A DNA stretch of 64,000 nt from Thermodesulfobacteriota bacterium (GTDB lineage Bacteria; Desulfobacterota; Desulfarculia; JACQYL01), in contig CAXXLZ010000001.1 of the NCBI GenBank assembly GCA_963675595.2, positions 640,001 to 704,000 on the forward strand. The letters are read 5' to 3'. Positions 25,975 through 36,311 of the stretch are shown piece by piece. The position numbers and the translations under genes were made by a program. Positions within the stretch are counted from its first letter, which is position 1. Each line of letters starts with the position of its first letter. The notes below the pieces were generated by a model that searched no databases, was not told the origin of the DNA, and worked only from the letters and a program-made list of their open reading frames with translations.

Positions 25975-26964
25975 TCAATGCACGTAATGATGGTTTTTGA
26001 ACCAGTCCACCGCCTCTTCGAGAGCGCGCCGTACGGGAGTCTGAGGAATTCCCAACTCGCGCACCGCTTTGGCTCCGTCGAAGAACATGGTTTTCTTTGC
26101 CATTCGGACTCCGTTCAACGGAATCAAGGGTTCTTTCCCCGTAACCCAGCGTGAGAGTGCTTCATTCACGTAGGCGGCTCCCAGAACGGGAAGCAGTGGA
26201 AGCCTGACTTTGGGCTCGGGCAGACCGGATATTTCGGAAAGCATGTGCAGGATTTCCTTCAACATCAGGTTCCGGTTGCCCAGAATATATTTTTCGCCCG
26301 CTCGGCCTTTTTCCATGGCCAACATGTGTCCGTGGGCAACATCCGTCACGTGGATCAGATTCAGGCCCGTATCCAGATATGCGGGCATCTTGCGGTTCAA
26401 GAAGTCCACAATGATTTTCCCAGTGGGAGTGGGCTTATGATCACCGGGGCCGACGGGCGTACTCGGGTTGACGATGACTACGGGAAATCCACGGGAAGCA
26501 TATCGACAGGCAATTTGTTCCGCCAGGAACTTGGAGTGTTTGTAGGGGCCGCACATGTCTTCTTCGCGGACGGGAGTGGTTTCCGTGCCGGAAGACCCAT
26601 CCTTTGGAATGCCCAACGCCCCTACGGTGCCGGTGTATACCAGGCGCTCCATCCCACGGCGTCGCGCCGCATCCAGAACGTTGGCGGTTCCGGCGACATT
26701 GGATTCGTACATCTCCCGCGGGTTCTTGACCCACAAGCGATAATCCGCCGCAACGTGGTATCCTGTGCGGCACCCTTCCATGGCTCGACGAATACTAGCC
26801 GAATCCCTCAGATCACCCTTGACGGTTTCAAGCCCGAGACCTACGAGGGCCGTAAGGTCCTTGTCCGATCTTACGAGTGCACGAACTTGGCAACCCTGTT
26901 CCAATAGGAGGCGGGCCAAGTGTCGTCCGATGAAACCCGTTGCTCCCGTGACGAAGACCTTCAC
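25975..26964 (-). CDS. hpnA: Hopanoid-associated NAD-dependent epimerase/dehydratase
   Basis: TGATGFIG, HVAADYRLW, YKHSK, NPSTPVGPGDHKPTPTG. Confidence 0.9.
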   Translation of the reverse strand: MKVFVTGATGFIGRHLARLLLEQGCQVRALVRSDKDLTALVGLGLETVKGDLRDSASIRRAMEGCRTGYHVAADYRLWVKNPREMYESNVAGTANVLDAARRRGMERLVYTGTVGALGIPKDGSSGTETTPVREEDMCGPYKHSKFLAEQIACRYASRGFPVVIVNPSTPVGPGDHKPTPTGKIIVDFLNRKMPAYLDTGLNLIHVTDVAHGHMLAMEKGRAGEKYILGNRNLMLKEILHMLSEISGLPEPKVRLPLLPVLGAAYVNEALSRWVTGKEPLIPLNGVRMAKKTMFFDGAKAVRELGIPQTPVRRALEEAVDWFKNHHYVH

Positions 26965-26986
26965 GCGGTTTGCCTCCGCTTGAGGA

Positions 26987-28960
26987 CTAGACTCCTTTCA
27001 AATACCGGAGGTAGTTTCCCAGGGCCATAAGGGGAAAACAGTTCCGATAATTGTGGTATCGAATCATGAAAAACTTGGGGAAGCCGGTGCCGGTGAATTC
27101 CTGTTCTTCCCAGGTTCCCGTCTCGGTCTGACGGTCCAGCAGAAAATGGATTCCACGCAATACGGAGTCGGATTCATATTCCCCCGCAGCCATAAGGCTG
27201 AGGATGGCCCAAGCCGTTTGAGAGGCGGTGCTCGGCCCGGAGCAGCCGTGAGGGTCCTTGTAGCTGTCGCAGGGCTCTCCCCAACCTCCGTCGTGGTTCT
27301 GGGAGGCTTTGAGCCAGGCCACTGCTCGGCGGACGTACGGCTTGTTCATGTCTTCACCGATTCTGGACAAACCGCTGAGGACGGACCATGTTCCGTATAT
27401 GTAGTTCACCCCCCAACGGCCCCACCAGGAACCATTTCTTTCCTGCTTTTCTCGTATGAACCGAATGGCGTCACGAGCGTACGGATGGTCGATGGAGTAA
27501 CCGAATTTTCCCATCATTTCCAGCACGCGACCGGTGAGGTCCGCCGTGCTGGGGTCGATCATGGCTTCAAGGTCGGCGAAAGGTATTTTGTTGAGATAGG
27601 ATTTGTTGTTGTCCTTGTCGAATGCGCCCCAACCGCCGTCCTTGCCTCTCATGTTAAAGACCCACTGGATTCCGGCTTCCAACCTTGCTCGGACCTCTTC
27701 GTCGGCCGATTCGGGCACCAAATTCAAGAACATGAGAACCACGGCCGTGTCGTCCACATCCGGGTAATGATCGTTCTTGAATTCAAACGCCCATCCGCCC
27801 GGATTACCGTCTCGGACCTTAACCTGCCAATCGCCTCCCCCGAACACCTGTCGGTCGAGGAGCCATCGAGCACCCGCGCTTATAGCCGGATGATCGGCTG
27901 AAACCCCCGACTGGATCAATGCGAGGCATGTCAGGGCCGTGTCCCAAACAGGAGACACGCAAGCCTGCAATTCTATGGAATCCTCCGTTTCAAGACAGAA
28001 TTGCTCGAGCGCTTCCAGTCCCTTTTGCATCACAGGATGGGATTTTGGATATCCCAGGGTATGCAGCGCCAACAGGGAATTCACCATGGCGGGCTGGATT
28101 CCTCCCCAATCGCCGCTGGTTTCCTGGTGGGAGATGATCCAGTGCTCGGCCGTCTGCAACGCCCGAGTCCTGAACCCATTGCTCGGTATTCTCTCCCAGA
28201 GCTTCACCAGGTCGTCCATAAGCCAGAACAATCGCTGCAGCCAGTCGCCCGAACTTTTCGATTTGCCGTTGGGTGCCGTGATTTCGCTGAGCCGTAACTC
28301 CTGAGGAAGCGACACGCAGGGCTTCTTGTGGAGCAAAATCGAGATGGGGATCAAGGTGGCTCGGGCCCAACTAGAGAAGTCATAAACGGAGAATAGGAAA
28401 CGGGGGGGCAGAAGAATGATCTCCACTGGAAGAGAGGGTACGTTCTTCCAGGGGTAGCAGCCGAACAAGGCAAGAAATATTTTCGTAAAGATTCTGGTCT
28501 CTTCCACTCCTCCCATATCCAGGATGAACTCCCTGGCCTTGCGGAGTTCGGGGGAATCCTGAGATCGTCCGGCAAGTTTGAGAGCGAAATAGGCCTCTAC
28601 GGTCGTGCTGATATCGCCGGGACCACCGTGATGAATTGCCCAGGTGCCGTCTTCTCGTTGGTTCGCCAGGATGTGGTTGGCCAGTTTCTGAAGTCTTGAC
28701 GGTTGGTCCACTTCCAGAAACTTGAGCAGCATGATGTATTCGGCCGAAATCGTATCGTTGGATTCCAGGCGGTACCACCAATATCCCTCCGGGTACTGCT
28801 CCCGTAGATACATCTCCCGGGTGAGGGACATGGATGTTTCGATCCGCTCGTGGAGAGGCTGGTGAGGCGAAGGTGACAAAGGAATGATGTTGCCGTTCGC
28901 TTTCGCCCTGTCCGCACTTTTGAGCGGTTCCACAGGAGCAAGAGCCGGACTTCCAGACAT
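26987..28960 (-). CDS. shc: Squalene-hopene cyclase
   Basis: Catalytic YPDVDDTA (DxDD), QW repeats, SPVWDT, GTGFP; RBS GGAGG before the ATG at 28960. Confidence 0.95.
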   Translation of the reverse strand: MSGSPALAPVEPLKSADRAKANGNIIPLSPSPHQPLHERIETSMSLTREMYLREQYPEGYWWYRLESNDTISAEYIMLLKFLEVDQPSRLQKLANHILANQREDGTWAIHHGGPGDISTTVEAYFALKLAGRSQDSPELRKAREFILDMGGVEETRIFTKIFLALFGCYPWKNVPSLPVEIILLPPRFLFSVYDFSSWARATLIPISILLHKKPCVSLPQELRLSEITAPNGKSKSSGDWLQRLFWLMDDLVKLWERIPSNGFRTRALQTAEHWIISHQETSGDWGGIQPAMVNSLLALHTLGYPKSHPVMQKGLEALEQFCLETEDSIELQACVSPVWDTALTCLALIQSGVSADHPAISAGARWLLDRQVFGGGDWQVKVRDGNPGGWAFEFKNDHYPDVDDTAVVLMFLNLVPESADEEVRARLEAGIQWVFNMRGKDGGWGAFDKDNNKSYLNKIPFADLEAMIDPSTADLTGRVLEMMGKFGYSIDHPYARDAIRFIREKQERNGSWWGRWGVNYIYGTWSVLSGLSRIGEDMNKPYVRRAVAWLKASQNHDGGWGEPCDSYKDPHGCSGPSTASQTAWAILSLMAAGEYESDSVLRGIHFLLDRQTETGTWEEQEFTGTGFPKFFMIRYHNYRNCFPLMALGNYLRYLKGV

Positions 28961-29139
28961 AGACGTGTTACCTCCGCTGCGGCAAGCGGTGAAAGAGGAT
29001 GGTCTGAGGGGCGGCCCTAACCTGTACGGATGCGCCTGTGAGAAGACGGGCAACCAATGTGAGGGTTGTGGCGCCGCCTATTTCGTCCGCTTTCTTTCGC
29101 CCTTGTTGACTGACCGGTGGGGAAGGCCCTGAAATCCGG

Positions 29140-29826
29140 TCAGGATTCCTTTTGTTTTAGTGCGGCCCTCTGGGCTCTAAGCTTCTCAAGCAAGACGTCG
29201 AAGGAATCTCGCTCGATGACTCGATGAAAAGCCGACCTGTAGCTTTTGACAATGCCTACGCCGTCGATATCCACTTCGGTGATGAACCATCGCTCGCCGA
29301 TTTTTTCGAGGTGGTAATCAACGGGAATCTCATCGTTGGCTCGTCGAATTCCCGTCCGAACCTTCGCCGTGCTTCCTTCCACCGAATCTTCCCGGATGTC
29401 CAATTCTTCCCGCTTGAGAAAATTCAAGACCAGACGGGTGTAGGAATCGAGGAAGAGATCTCGAAACAAATCGACGAATTCAAGGCGCTTCCCTTTAGGG
29501 AGAGTGGCCCACGTGTCCCCGAGACTTTCTTGGGCCATGCGTTCTTCGTCGAAATTTTCCTCAATGGCCGTTCTGACTCGGTCTCTCTTGAAGTCGGCAT
29601 CGGCTTCTCGAGACTCAAGAATCCCGGATATCTTGTCGAGAATGGTCTCGACCTGCTCCAAAGGTGTTTTGAATTGCGCCTGCGCTCCAATGGCCAAGGA
29701 GACGGACACGCACGCGAAAACCAAAAAGGCGAGAAACTTTCCCTGGAGGCCGCGTATGCCGTTGTAAGGAAAAGAGCGGTTTGTCAGTTGGTCGGTCGGT
29801 TTCTTTGGTCGCGATGTCTTGATCAT
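29140..29826 (-). CDS. hpnM: HpnM / MlaC (Ttg2D)-family periplasmic lipid shuttle
   Basis: FDEERMAQESLG..W, PVDYHL, W.I.EVDIDGV.IVKSYRSAF; directly upstream of shc. Confidence 0.75.
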   Translation of the reverse strand: MIKTSRPKKPTDQLTNRSFPYNGIRGLQGKFLAFLVFACVSVSLAIGAQAQFKTPLEQVETILDKISGILESREADADFKRDRVRTAIEENFDEERMAQESLGDTWATLPKGKRLEFVDLFRDLFLDSYTRLVLNFLKREELDIREDSVEGSTAKVRTGIRRANDEIPVDYHLEKIGERWFITEVDIDGVGIVKSYRSAFHRVIERDSFDVLLEKLRAQRAALKQKES

Positions 29827-29871
29827 GGTTCATTCTCTGGTCCCACGGCCACGAATCATGCTGTGGAACGT

Positions 29872-31332
29872 TCAATTTCGTCCTTCCGCGCCACGGTCCG
29901 ACGGGTGCTTCACTGCGCCGTTGGAATCGGGCCGGTCAAAGTAGAGACCGGTTGTATACCACAATTCGGTCCGGGTGGCATGAAATTCGTAAAGATTAAG
30001 AAGATAGCCTCCCCGACTCCTACCGTATTGTTCCAGAGCTTCGATCACTTCGGACACGGGATCGATCCCCATGTCGAAGCCCGACATGGCTGTAACAAGC
30101 CATTTTCGGGCGGCCCGCGTCGAGGTCTCGAAAGCCTTCACGGAGTCGGCGGCCTTTAATAGGTCTTGGTAACCGGCAGCCGTTTGGAGGGCGATCTTTT
30201 CATAGGCATCCTGCTTCTGTTGCTGCAAAGCCAGATACTCGGACTTCGCTCGATCCCGTTCGCCTGAAGTCACACCCAGGTCGAAATGCCACTTGGCGCC
30301 CAAGACGACCCCCACGTATTCTTCATTGAAGCCGTCGTTGATGTAGGGATCGTCAAAACGGTCCCTGCCGGGAGCGCGGGCCACGGCTCCGTGCACCGCG
30401 GCGAAAATGTCGGGATATAGGTCGGATTCGGCGGCCTCCCAGAGACGGCGTTTGGCCTCCACTCCTTTTTCAAGCTGGTGAAGCTCGGGCCTTTGCCGCA
30501 AAGCGGCCTGGACATAGAACAACTCATCCTGCGATTCCATCTCCACGCCGGGAAGCTCCCGGTCCTTGACAACGAAATCGCGTTCCCTCGGCAATCCCGC
30601 CAAAGTCTTGAGTGCCAGGTAGGACTTGTTGCGCGCGGCTTTGAGCCTTGCGCGGTTCTCTTCCATCTCTCCCCGGAACGCCTGGAGCCTGTACCGGTCG
30701 GAAGCCCTCACATTGATGGAACCGGCTTCAAGGAGGCGGTCCACACGGGTTTCCAAGTCCTCCAGAAAATCGAACGCCTCCACGGCCGCCGCCTCGCCCA
30801 TTTGAGCGAGGACAAGACCGTAGTACCGGAGCCTCACGTCCCGCAGCAGTCGGCTTTGTTCCTGGTCCTCTTTGCTCCGGTGGATTTCCACGTTCAAATC
30901 CGCAGCGTCCCTCCGATTGGATATCTTTCCAAATGTATACAGGGGTTGGGTAACGGCAAGCTCCAACCTGACGAACACGTTGATGGAGGAATAATCGTTG
31001 CGGTCCGTCCGTGAAACGATTTCGCCGTTTTCCACAAACGGCACCTCGGCGTCGTTCACGGGTCCGGTCAAGGCCAGTACGTCGAACTGGGGGAGCAGGG
31101 CGGCCTTCGCCCGGGCTAGTTCGTCTTCCGAAGCCTGAGTTTCAAGGCGCGCGCGGGCGAGCGAGGAACTCGACGCAAGAGCCATTTGCTCAAGTTCCGG
31201 TAATCCCAGAACCATATCCACGGCGGACTTCTCGTCCTCCGTAGGTTGGTCTCCTCCCCATGCCTGGAAGTCGGCCGTGATTCCCAACACCAACGCCGAT
31301 ACTACTAAGAACTTGACCAGTAGACGCGTCAC
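29872..31332 (-). CDS. TolC-family outer membrane efflux protein
   Basis: GTG start after GAAGGA, signal peptide, two OEP repeats (LLPQFD, TQPLYTFGK, RPEL, LYPDI); start uncertain. Confidence 0.8.
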   Translation of the reverse strand: MTRLLVKFLVVSALVLGITADFQAWGGDQPTEDEKSAVDMVLGLPELEQMALASSSSLARARLETQASEDELARAKAALLPQFDVLALTGPVNDAEVPFVENGEIVSRTDRNDYSSINVFVRLELAVTQPLYTFGKISNRRDAADLNVEIHRSKEDQEQSRLLRDVRLRYYGLVLAQMGEAAAVEAFDFLEDLETRVDRLLEAGSINVRASDRYRLQAFRGEMEENRARLKAARNKSYLALKTLAGLPRERDFVVKDRELPGVEMESQDELFYVQAALRQRPELHQLEKGVEAKRRLWEAAESDLYPDIFAAVHGAVARAPGRDRFDDPYINDGFNEEYVGVVLGAKWHFDLGVTSGERDRAKSEYLALQQQKQDAYEKIALQTAAGYQDLLKAADSVKAFETSTRAARKWLVTAMSGFDMGIDPVSEVIEALEQYGRSRGGYLLNLYEFHATRTELWYTTGLYFDRPDSNGAVKHPSDRGAEGRN

Positions 31333-31628
31333 GATTCCTTCCCGTATGTTGAAAAACGATCGGAACCAATCAATCATTTCGACATTCCCAACGAAGAATC
31401 CATCAAACACCTTATAACGTTCACGAATTAAACGAGAACAGAAATATATATTTATTGTACACAAGCACGAGATCAGTCAATACCTTTGTGGAAGCATATC
31501 CGACCAATCCCCCAACAGGCCCGATACGGGAGAGTTCTTCCGTCGCGGGCTGGGGCGAGAGGTGGGACGTCACGTCGGCATCACTGAGGCGATTGGAGGT
31601 TGGTCCGCTGGAGAACCGTAACGACTGA

Positions 31629-31658
31629 TCCGGGCAAGCCGATTTCGGCTTGCCCGGA
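31629..31658. terminator. GC-rich hairpin downstream of the TPR gene
   Basis: Inverted repeat TCCGGGCAAGCCGA/TCGGCTTGCCCGGA; no U-tract in the gene's direction, so its terminator role is uncertain. Confidence 0.4.
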
Positions 31659-31676
31659 AAATCGAAGTCGGGAGGC

Positions 31677-34088
31677 TTAGGACAGGGATTCGAGGAGGGC
31701 TTTTGCCTTCTCCGCCATGGTGCCTTTCAAGCCCAGTTCCAGGGCTTTCTTGAGATGCTTTCGCGCCAGGTCCGTTTCTCCGGTCTTAATGCGAATCATC
31801 CCTGCGTGAAGTTGGATCACGGGATCGTCCTCGGCATGCTGAAGAGCGGCGGAAATATGGCTCACCGCTTTCTGGGCATTCCCGGATTTGTACTCGACCC
31901 AGGCCGCGGTGTCCAGAATGTGGGCGTTATCGGGAGCTGCAGCCAGCGCTTTCTGCGCATATTCCCGAGCCTTGGCCAGGAGATCGGGATCGTCCACGTG
32001 CTCTGAGTACAGATAAGCCAAGTTGTTGTTCAGGATGGTTACGCTGGGATATTTCTTTATCAACTCCTCAAGAATGGTAATGGCCTTATCGAATTGACCC
32101 AGGTTCTCGTAAATAAGCGAAAGGGTAAACCCAATGCGGAAAGAACCGGGTTTTTGGGCATAGATTTCCTGCAGGTTCTTGGATGCCTCTCCGAGTCGTC
32201 CGGATTGTGCATACAAAGAGGCCAGATTGTAGTAGGGCTGTTCCCATTCGGGTGATTGCTCGATGGCTGCCTTGAACCGGGCTTCCGCCTCATCGAACTT
32301 GCGTTGGCTCATGTAAATGCCGCCCAGCGTGGTGAGCAGGAAGGCGTTATTCGGGTCCTTCTCGAGGAGATCGAGCACCACCTGCTCCGCCTTTTCGGGT
32401 TGGCGGATTCTCACATAAGTATCGGCGAGCAGGGAAATCGGTGTCTTGGGGTCGCCCTTCAGACCCATGGCTTTGGTAAACAGATCGATGGCCTGCTCGG
32501 CCCTGCCGGTGGCTCGATAGAGCCTGCCCAGTTCCACATACCCGACGTTCTCATCGGGGTATTTTTCTATGAGGGCTTGAAAAGCTTCCTCGGCTTCTTT
32601 GGGCTTCTCGTTCAGGGCCAGAGTGCGGCCTTTCTCGGCCATCAGGAGACGGTTGCCCGGAAGCTGCTCCAATCCGCGGTCTATCAGATTGAGCGCGTTC
32701 TCCCAATCCTTCTTCCGCTGGTAGTAACGAATCAGGGACATTCGCAACGGGACGTCCCTAGGAAGTTTGTTGACCCCGCTTTTCAATACTTCCAGCGCCA
32801 GATCCGCGTTTCCGGAAAAGGCGTGGGCATTGGCAAGAAGCAGGTATCCTTCGGCGTTGTCGGGCAAAATATCCACCGCTTGTCTCAGATGCACTACGGC
32901 GTCGTCGAAGCTGCCCTTCTTGAGTTCCGCCTTGCCTTTAAGTAAATGGGCCGGTCCACTGCCCGAGTTTTTTTCGAGCACCTCATCCGCAGTCTTCTCC
33001 GCTTCTTCCCACCGATCCAGCCGGGCAAGGATATTTCCTTTTCTGATCAAGGCCTTTTCCTTGAGTTCCTCCTCAGGAGCGGCCTTCAGAAATTCGTCCA
33101 AAACGGCGAAAGCTCGTGGATAGTCTTCCTGAGCGACGGCGACATCGGTAAGCCCGGCCGAAATCTCCCACGATTCAGGCCATTTTTTCGCGGCTTCCGA
33201 TAATACGACTTGGGCGTCCGCGAAGCGTCTTTCCCTGAACAAAAAGCCGGAATATCCCAATGCGAAGGCGGCCTCGTCGGGGCGACTCTCCATAAGACGC
33301 TTGAACTCCTGCTCGGCCCGGTCCTTCCGACCCGTGTCGAGGAAGAGTTTGGTAAGGAGCAAGGCGTAGGATGGTTCCCCGTTCTTTCGCCGGATGAGTT
33401 CCGTCAGCTCTTGTTCCGCCAAGTCCAGCTTTCCCTCAACCACATACTGATTGGCCAGCACCAGGTAAGGCACGGGATTATCGGGCTCGACCTGCTGGTA
33501 TCGCTTGAGGTATTCCCTGGTCTTCTCCGCGTCGCCCATTTGGCTATAAGCGTCCGCGTAAGCGAAGAGAGCATCTTTTCCGCCCTCTTTCGTATCGATC
33601 TTGTTCAACACTTCCAAAGCCTTCATGGGCTTCTTGTCCACAAGAAATGCCTGAGCTTGAGTCAGGAGGACATCTCCGGAGGGTGAGGGCTTTGCCAAGA
33701 GCGGGGCAAGGGTTTCCAGTGCCCGGGACGCCTGTCTCGCCTTGACCAGAATCCGAGCGATTTCCAGGCGAGCCTCATCCAGGCCTTCATCCAATTCCAG
33801 GGCCTTGCTGAACGCCCCGTATGCGCCGCCGATATCTTCTTCCTTCAGTTTGGTCTTGGCCAGATAGAAATACCCCTGAGCGAACTTGGGGTCCAACTGG
33901 ATGGCGTTCTTGAACTCAAGGGCCGCCTTGTCATATTCACCTTTTTCCAACAGAGCGACTCCCTTCTTTATGAAGGAGTCCCTCTTCTCCTCCTTGCTGG
34001 AGCAAGAAACCAGGAGGACGCCGATAATGAGAAGGCTCAGCAGGGACACAAGGGCTCGTGTCTTCTTCTTCAGAGGGGCCATGAGCAT
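31677..34088 (-). CDS. Large tetratricopeptide-repeat lipoprotein (PrsT-like architecture)
   Basis: Lipobox LVSC, EFKNAIQLDP, many TPR units, C-terminal NNLAYL...ILDTAAW. Confidence 0.88.
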   Translation of the reverse strand: MLMAPLKKKTRALVSLLSLLIIGVLLVSCSSKEEKRDSFIKKGVALLEKGEYDKAALEFKNAIQLDPKFAQGYFYLAKTKLKEEDIGGAYGAFSKALELDEGLDEARLEIARILVKARQASRALETLAPLLAKPSPSGDVLLTQAQAFLVDKKPMKALEVLNKIDTKEGGKDALFAYADAYSQMGDAEKTREYLKRYQQVEPDNPVPYLVLANQYVVEGKLDLAEQELTELIRRKNGEPSYALLLTKLFLDTGRKDRAEQEFKRLMESRPDEAAFALGYSGFLFRERRFADAQVVLSEAAKKWPESWEISAGLTDVAVAQEDYPRAFAVLDEFLKAAPEEELKEKALIRKGNILARLDRWEEAEKTADEVLEKNSGSGPAHLLKGKAELKKGSFDDAVVHLRQAVDILPDNAEGYLLLANAHAFSGNADLALEVLKSGVNKLPRDVPLRMSLIRYYQRKKDWENALNLIDRGLEQLPGNRLLMAEKGRTLALNEKPKEAEEAFQALIEKYPDENVGYVELGRLYRATGRAEQAIDLFTKAMGLKGDPKTPISLLADTYVRIRQPEKAEQVVLDLLEKDPNNAFLLTTLGGIYMSQRKFDEAEARFKAAIEQSPEWEQPYYNLASLYAQSGRLGEASKNLQEIYAQKPGSFRIGFTLSLIYENLGQFDKAITILEELIKKYPSVTILNNNLAYLYSEHVDDPDLLAKAREYAQKALAAAPDNAHILDTAAWVEYKSGNAQKAVSHISAALQHAEDDPVIQLHAGMIRIKTGETDLARKHLKKALELGLKGTMAEKAKALLESLS

Positions 34089-34297
34089 TTTCCTTTCAAA
34101 AAATGCCTGAAGTCGGGCAGGACGTCTTGACGACGTTGCGCGTTAACTATGTCGGCGCGTGCCGAGACGGGGGTTGGATCCTTCTACCGAACCGGTGGCC
34201 CGGTGGAGTTCATATTGGACTCACGTTACATGCCCCTGAATTTCTTGTCAACGGCAACGTGAGGCCGAATGCATTCCAGGGTAATGCAAATGTTCGC

Positions 34298-34651
34298 TTA
34301 GAACCGGAACCTCGCACGTTTCATTGCCTCACGAAAGCGGGAAGCCCGACGCTCGGCGGGATTTGGGGGGTATATCCGTCCGGAGCCGCTGCAATCCGGG
34401 CAGATGCCGTTGGCGAAATCAACGCAGCAGGAGTTTTCAGGGGGAGGGTAGGCGCAGATCATGCCGGTGCCCGCGCAGCGTGGACACGTTTGATGCAAAA
34501 TCATAAGGTTAGAGCCGGACGCCGGGGACACAGAGGTTGTCGTTCCGTCGGGATCGTCGGCCGCCGGACTTGGGGCGCGGGCGTCCGAATTTTCCACGTC
34601 ATTTGCGGACTTGAGTCCGGCCGAGTCCGGGTGTTCAATTTTGGCGGTCAT
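34298..34651 (-). CDS. Small protein with two CxxCxGxG (DnaJ-type zinc-finger) motifs
   Basis: CPRCAGTG and CPDCSGSG; ATG at 34651 overlaps the pyrF 3' end; alternative start at 34504. Confidence 0.55.
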   Translation of the reverse strand: MTAKIEHPDSAGLKSANDVENSDARAPSPAADDPDGTTTSVSPASGSNLMILHQTCPRCAGTGMICAYPPPENSCCVDFANGICPDCSGSGRIYPPNPAERRASRFREAMKRARFRF

Positions 34652-35399
34652 GAACGCCCCGTTCGATTTCCTCGAGCACTCGCCTCGCGGCTTCGGTTCT
34701 GTTTTCGGCGTTCTGGATGGGTCTACCCACCACAAGAAGATCGGAACCGTTCAAAATCGCCTCGTAAGGCGTGGTGATACGCTTCTGATCGTCACCCTGA
34801 ACCAAGCTCCATTCGGGGCGTATACCCGGCGTAATGATCAGGAATTCTTCTCCAAGTTCGCGTCTGACTCGCGACGCTTCACGGGGAGAGCAGACAATGC
34901 CGTGGCATCCGGCGTCGAGAGCGATACGGGCTCTGAGCAGCACCAGAAGGCCCGGGTCGGTTTCGAACTCGGTGCGGAAGCCCAAGCGACCCAGATCGTC
35001 GGAATTGAGGCTCGTAAGTACGGTAACTCCCAGCACACGGGTCCCGTGCGCCCGTCCTGCGCGTTCCAGGGCCGCATTCATCGGTCCCGCTCCTTCATCG
35101 CAATGCACCGTGACGAAGTCCGCTCCGAGGGAGGCGGCGGAACGGAACGCTCCACCCACCGTATTGGGGATATCGTGGAATTTGAGATCCAGAAAGATTT
35201 TAGCGTCCTCGGAGACTTGTTTAACTTCCCGGATAATGGAAGGGCCTTCCTTGACGAAAAGCTCAAGACCGATTTTAAACACACCCACATGCTCTTTCAG
35301 CTCACGGGCGAGTTTGAGGGCCTGTTCCGCCCCGGGGACGTCCAGTGGGAAGATGAGGCGGTCCCGTGCCTTGAGATCGTCTCGAAACGATGATGTCAA
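34635..35399 (-). CDS. pyrF: Orotidine-5'-phosphate decarboxylase
   Basis: FLDLKFHDIPNTV, VTVLTS, TPGIRP, DQKR, VVGRPI. Confidence 0.96.
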   Translation of the reverse strand: MTSSFRDDLKARDRLIFPLDVPGAEQALKLARELKEHVGVFKIGLELFVKEGPSIIREVKQVSEDAKIFLDLKFHDIPNTVGGAFRSAASLGADFVTVHCDEGAGPMNAALERAGRAHGTRVLGVTVLTSLNSDDLGRLGFRTEFETDPGLLVLLRARIALDAGCHGIVCSPREASRVRRELGEEFLIITPGIRPEWSLVQGDDQKRITTPYEAILNGSDLLVVGRPIQNAENRTEAARRVLEEIERGVHDRQN

Positions 35400-35821
35400 A
35401 ACAAACTCCCGTCGTGACCGGGGAAGCCCCGGTCCTTAATTTAATCGTGTATTGTCCGGAGTGCGTTCGCGGAATTCGATGGAATCATTGCGACAGTCGG
35501 AGCTGTTTGTCAAGGAGCCCTTCGGGTGGAGAGACAGTCGGATTTGTCCGAGGTTCGCTACACAAGGGGGCTTCTTCGGATCCCATGTATCTTGGGCTGC
35601 ACAAAAAGTGGTGTACAACGGCCATTCAACTGTTGAATTTCCGCCGATTGGTGATATAGTCCCTTGTGCTTGGACGGAGCGGGAACCAAGGCGGAATCAC
35701 TGGAACCATAAGCAATTCCGGTGCGTTTTATCCCTCCGGTAGGACGTGTGGGCGCCGAAGGTGCCGATAAGCTGCCGACCCTCGATGATGAAGGAAGCGT
35801 TCCGAAAGCAGCGACCAGCCA

Positions 35822-36187
35822 ATGCCTCGACCTCTGATTATACGTCCCGAGCAGGAACAGGAAGTCTGGTTCGAAGAGGGGTGTTACATCCTCGAATGTC
35901 TGAATTCCCAGGCGGATCCGCAGACGTCCATCGCGAAGGCCCGCGTTCTTCCGGGAACGGCCACTGTTCGGCATTTCCTGCGAGCCACGACGGAACGGTA
36001 CTACATATTGGAGGGCGAGGGAGTCGTGGAGATCGGCGAGGAACCTCCCACGGCCGTGGGACCGGGGGACGTGGTACTCATCCCGCCTGAAGTTCGGCAG
36101 AGAATATGCAATGCGGGTTCGGGTGATTTGGTCTTTCTATGTGTTTGTACCCCTCGATTCAAAGCGGAGAATTACGTCTCGTCATGA
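35822..36187 (+). CDS. Cupin domain protein
   Basis: H.L..TTERYYILEGEG...GDVVLIPP...QRI.N cupin motifs. Confidence 0.85.
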   Translation: MPRPLIIRPEQEQEVWFEEGCYILECLNSQADPQTSIAKARVLPGTATVRHFLRATTERYYILEGEGVVEIGEEPPTAVGPGDVVLIPPEVRQRICNAGSGDLVFLCVCTPRFKAENYVSS

Positions 36188-36311
36188 AATCGGGCATCCG
36201 GGATATGTGACTCTGTGATGCCGGTGGAAACCGATTATGGAAAACCCGCCTTTCCTCTTCACATCCGAAGGATGATTTCGAGAGGGACGGCAATGGGGAA
36301 GGATTGACGAT

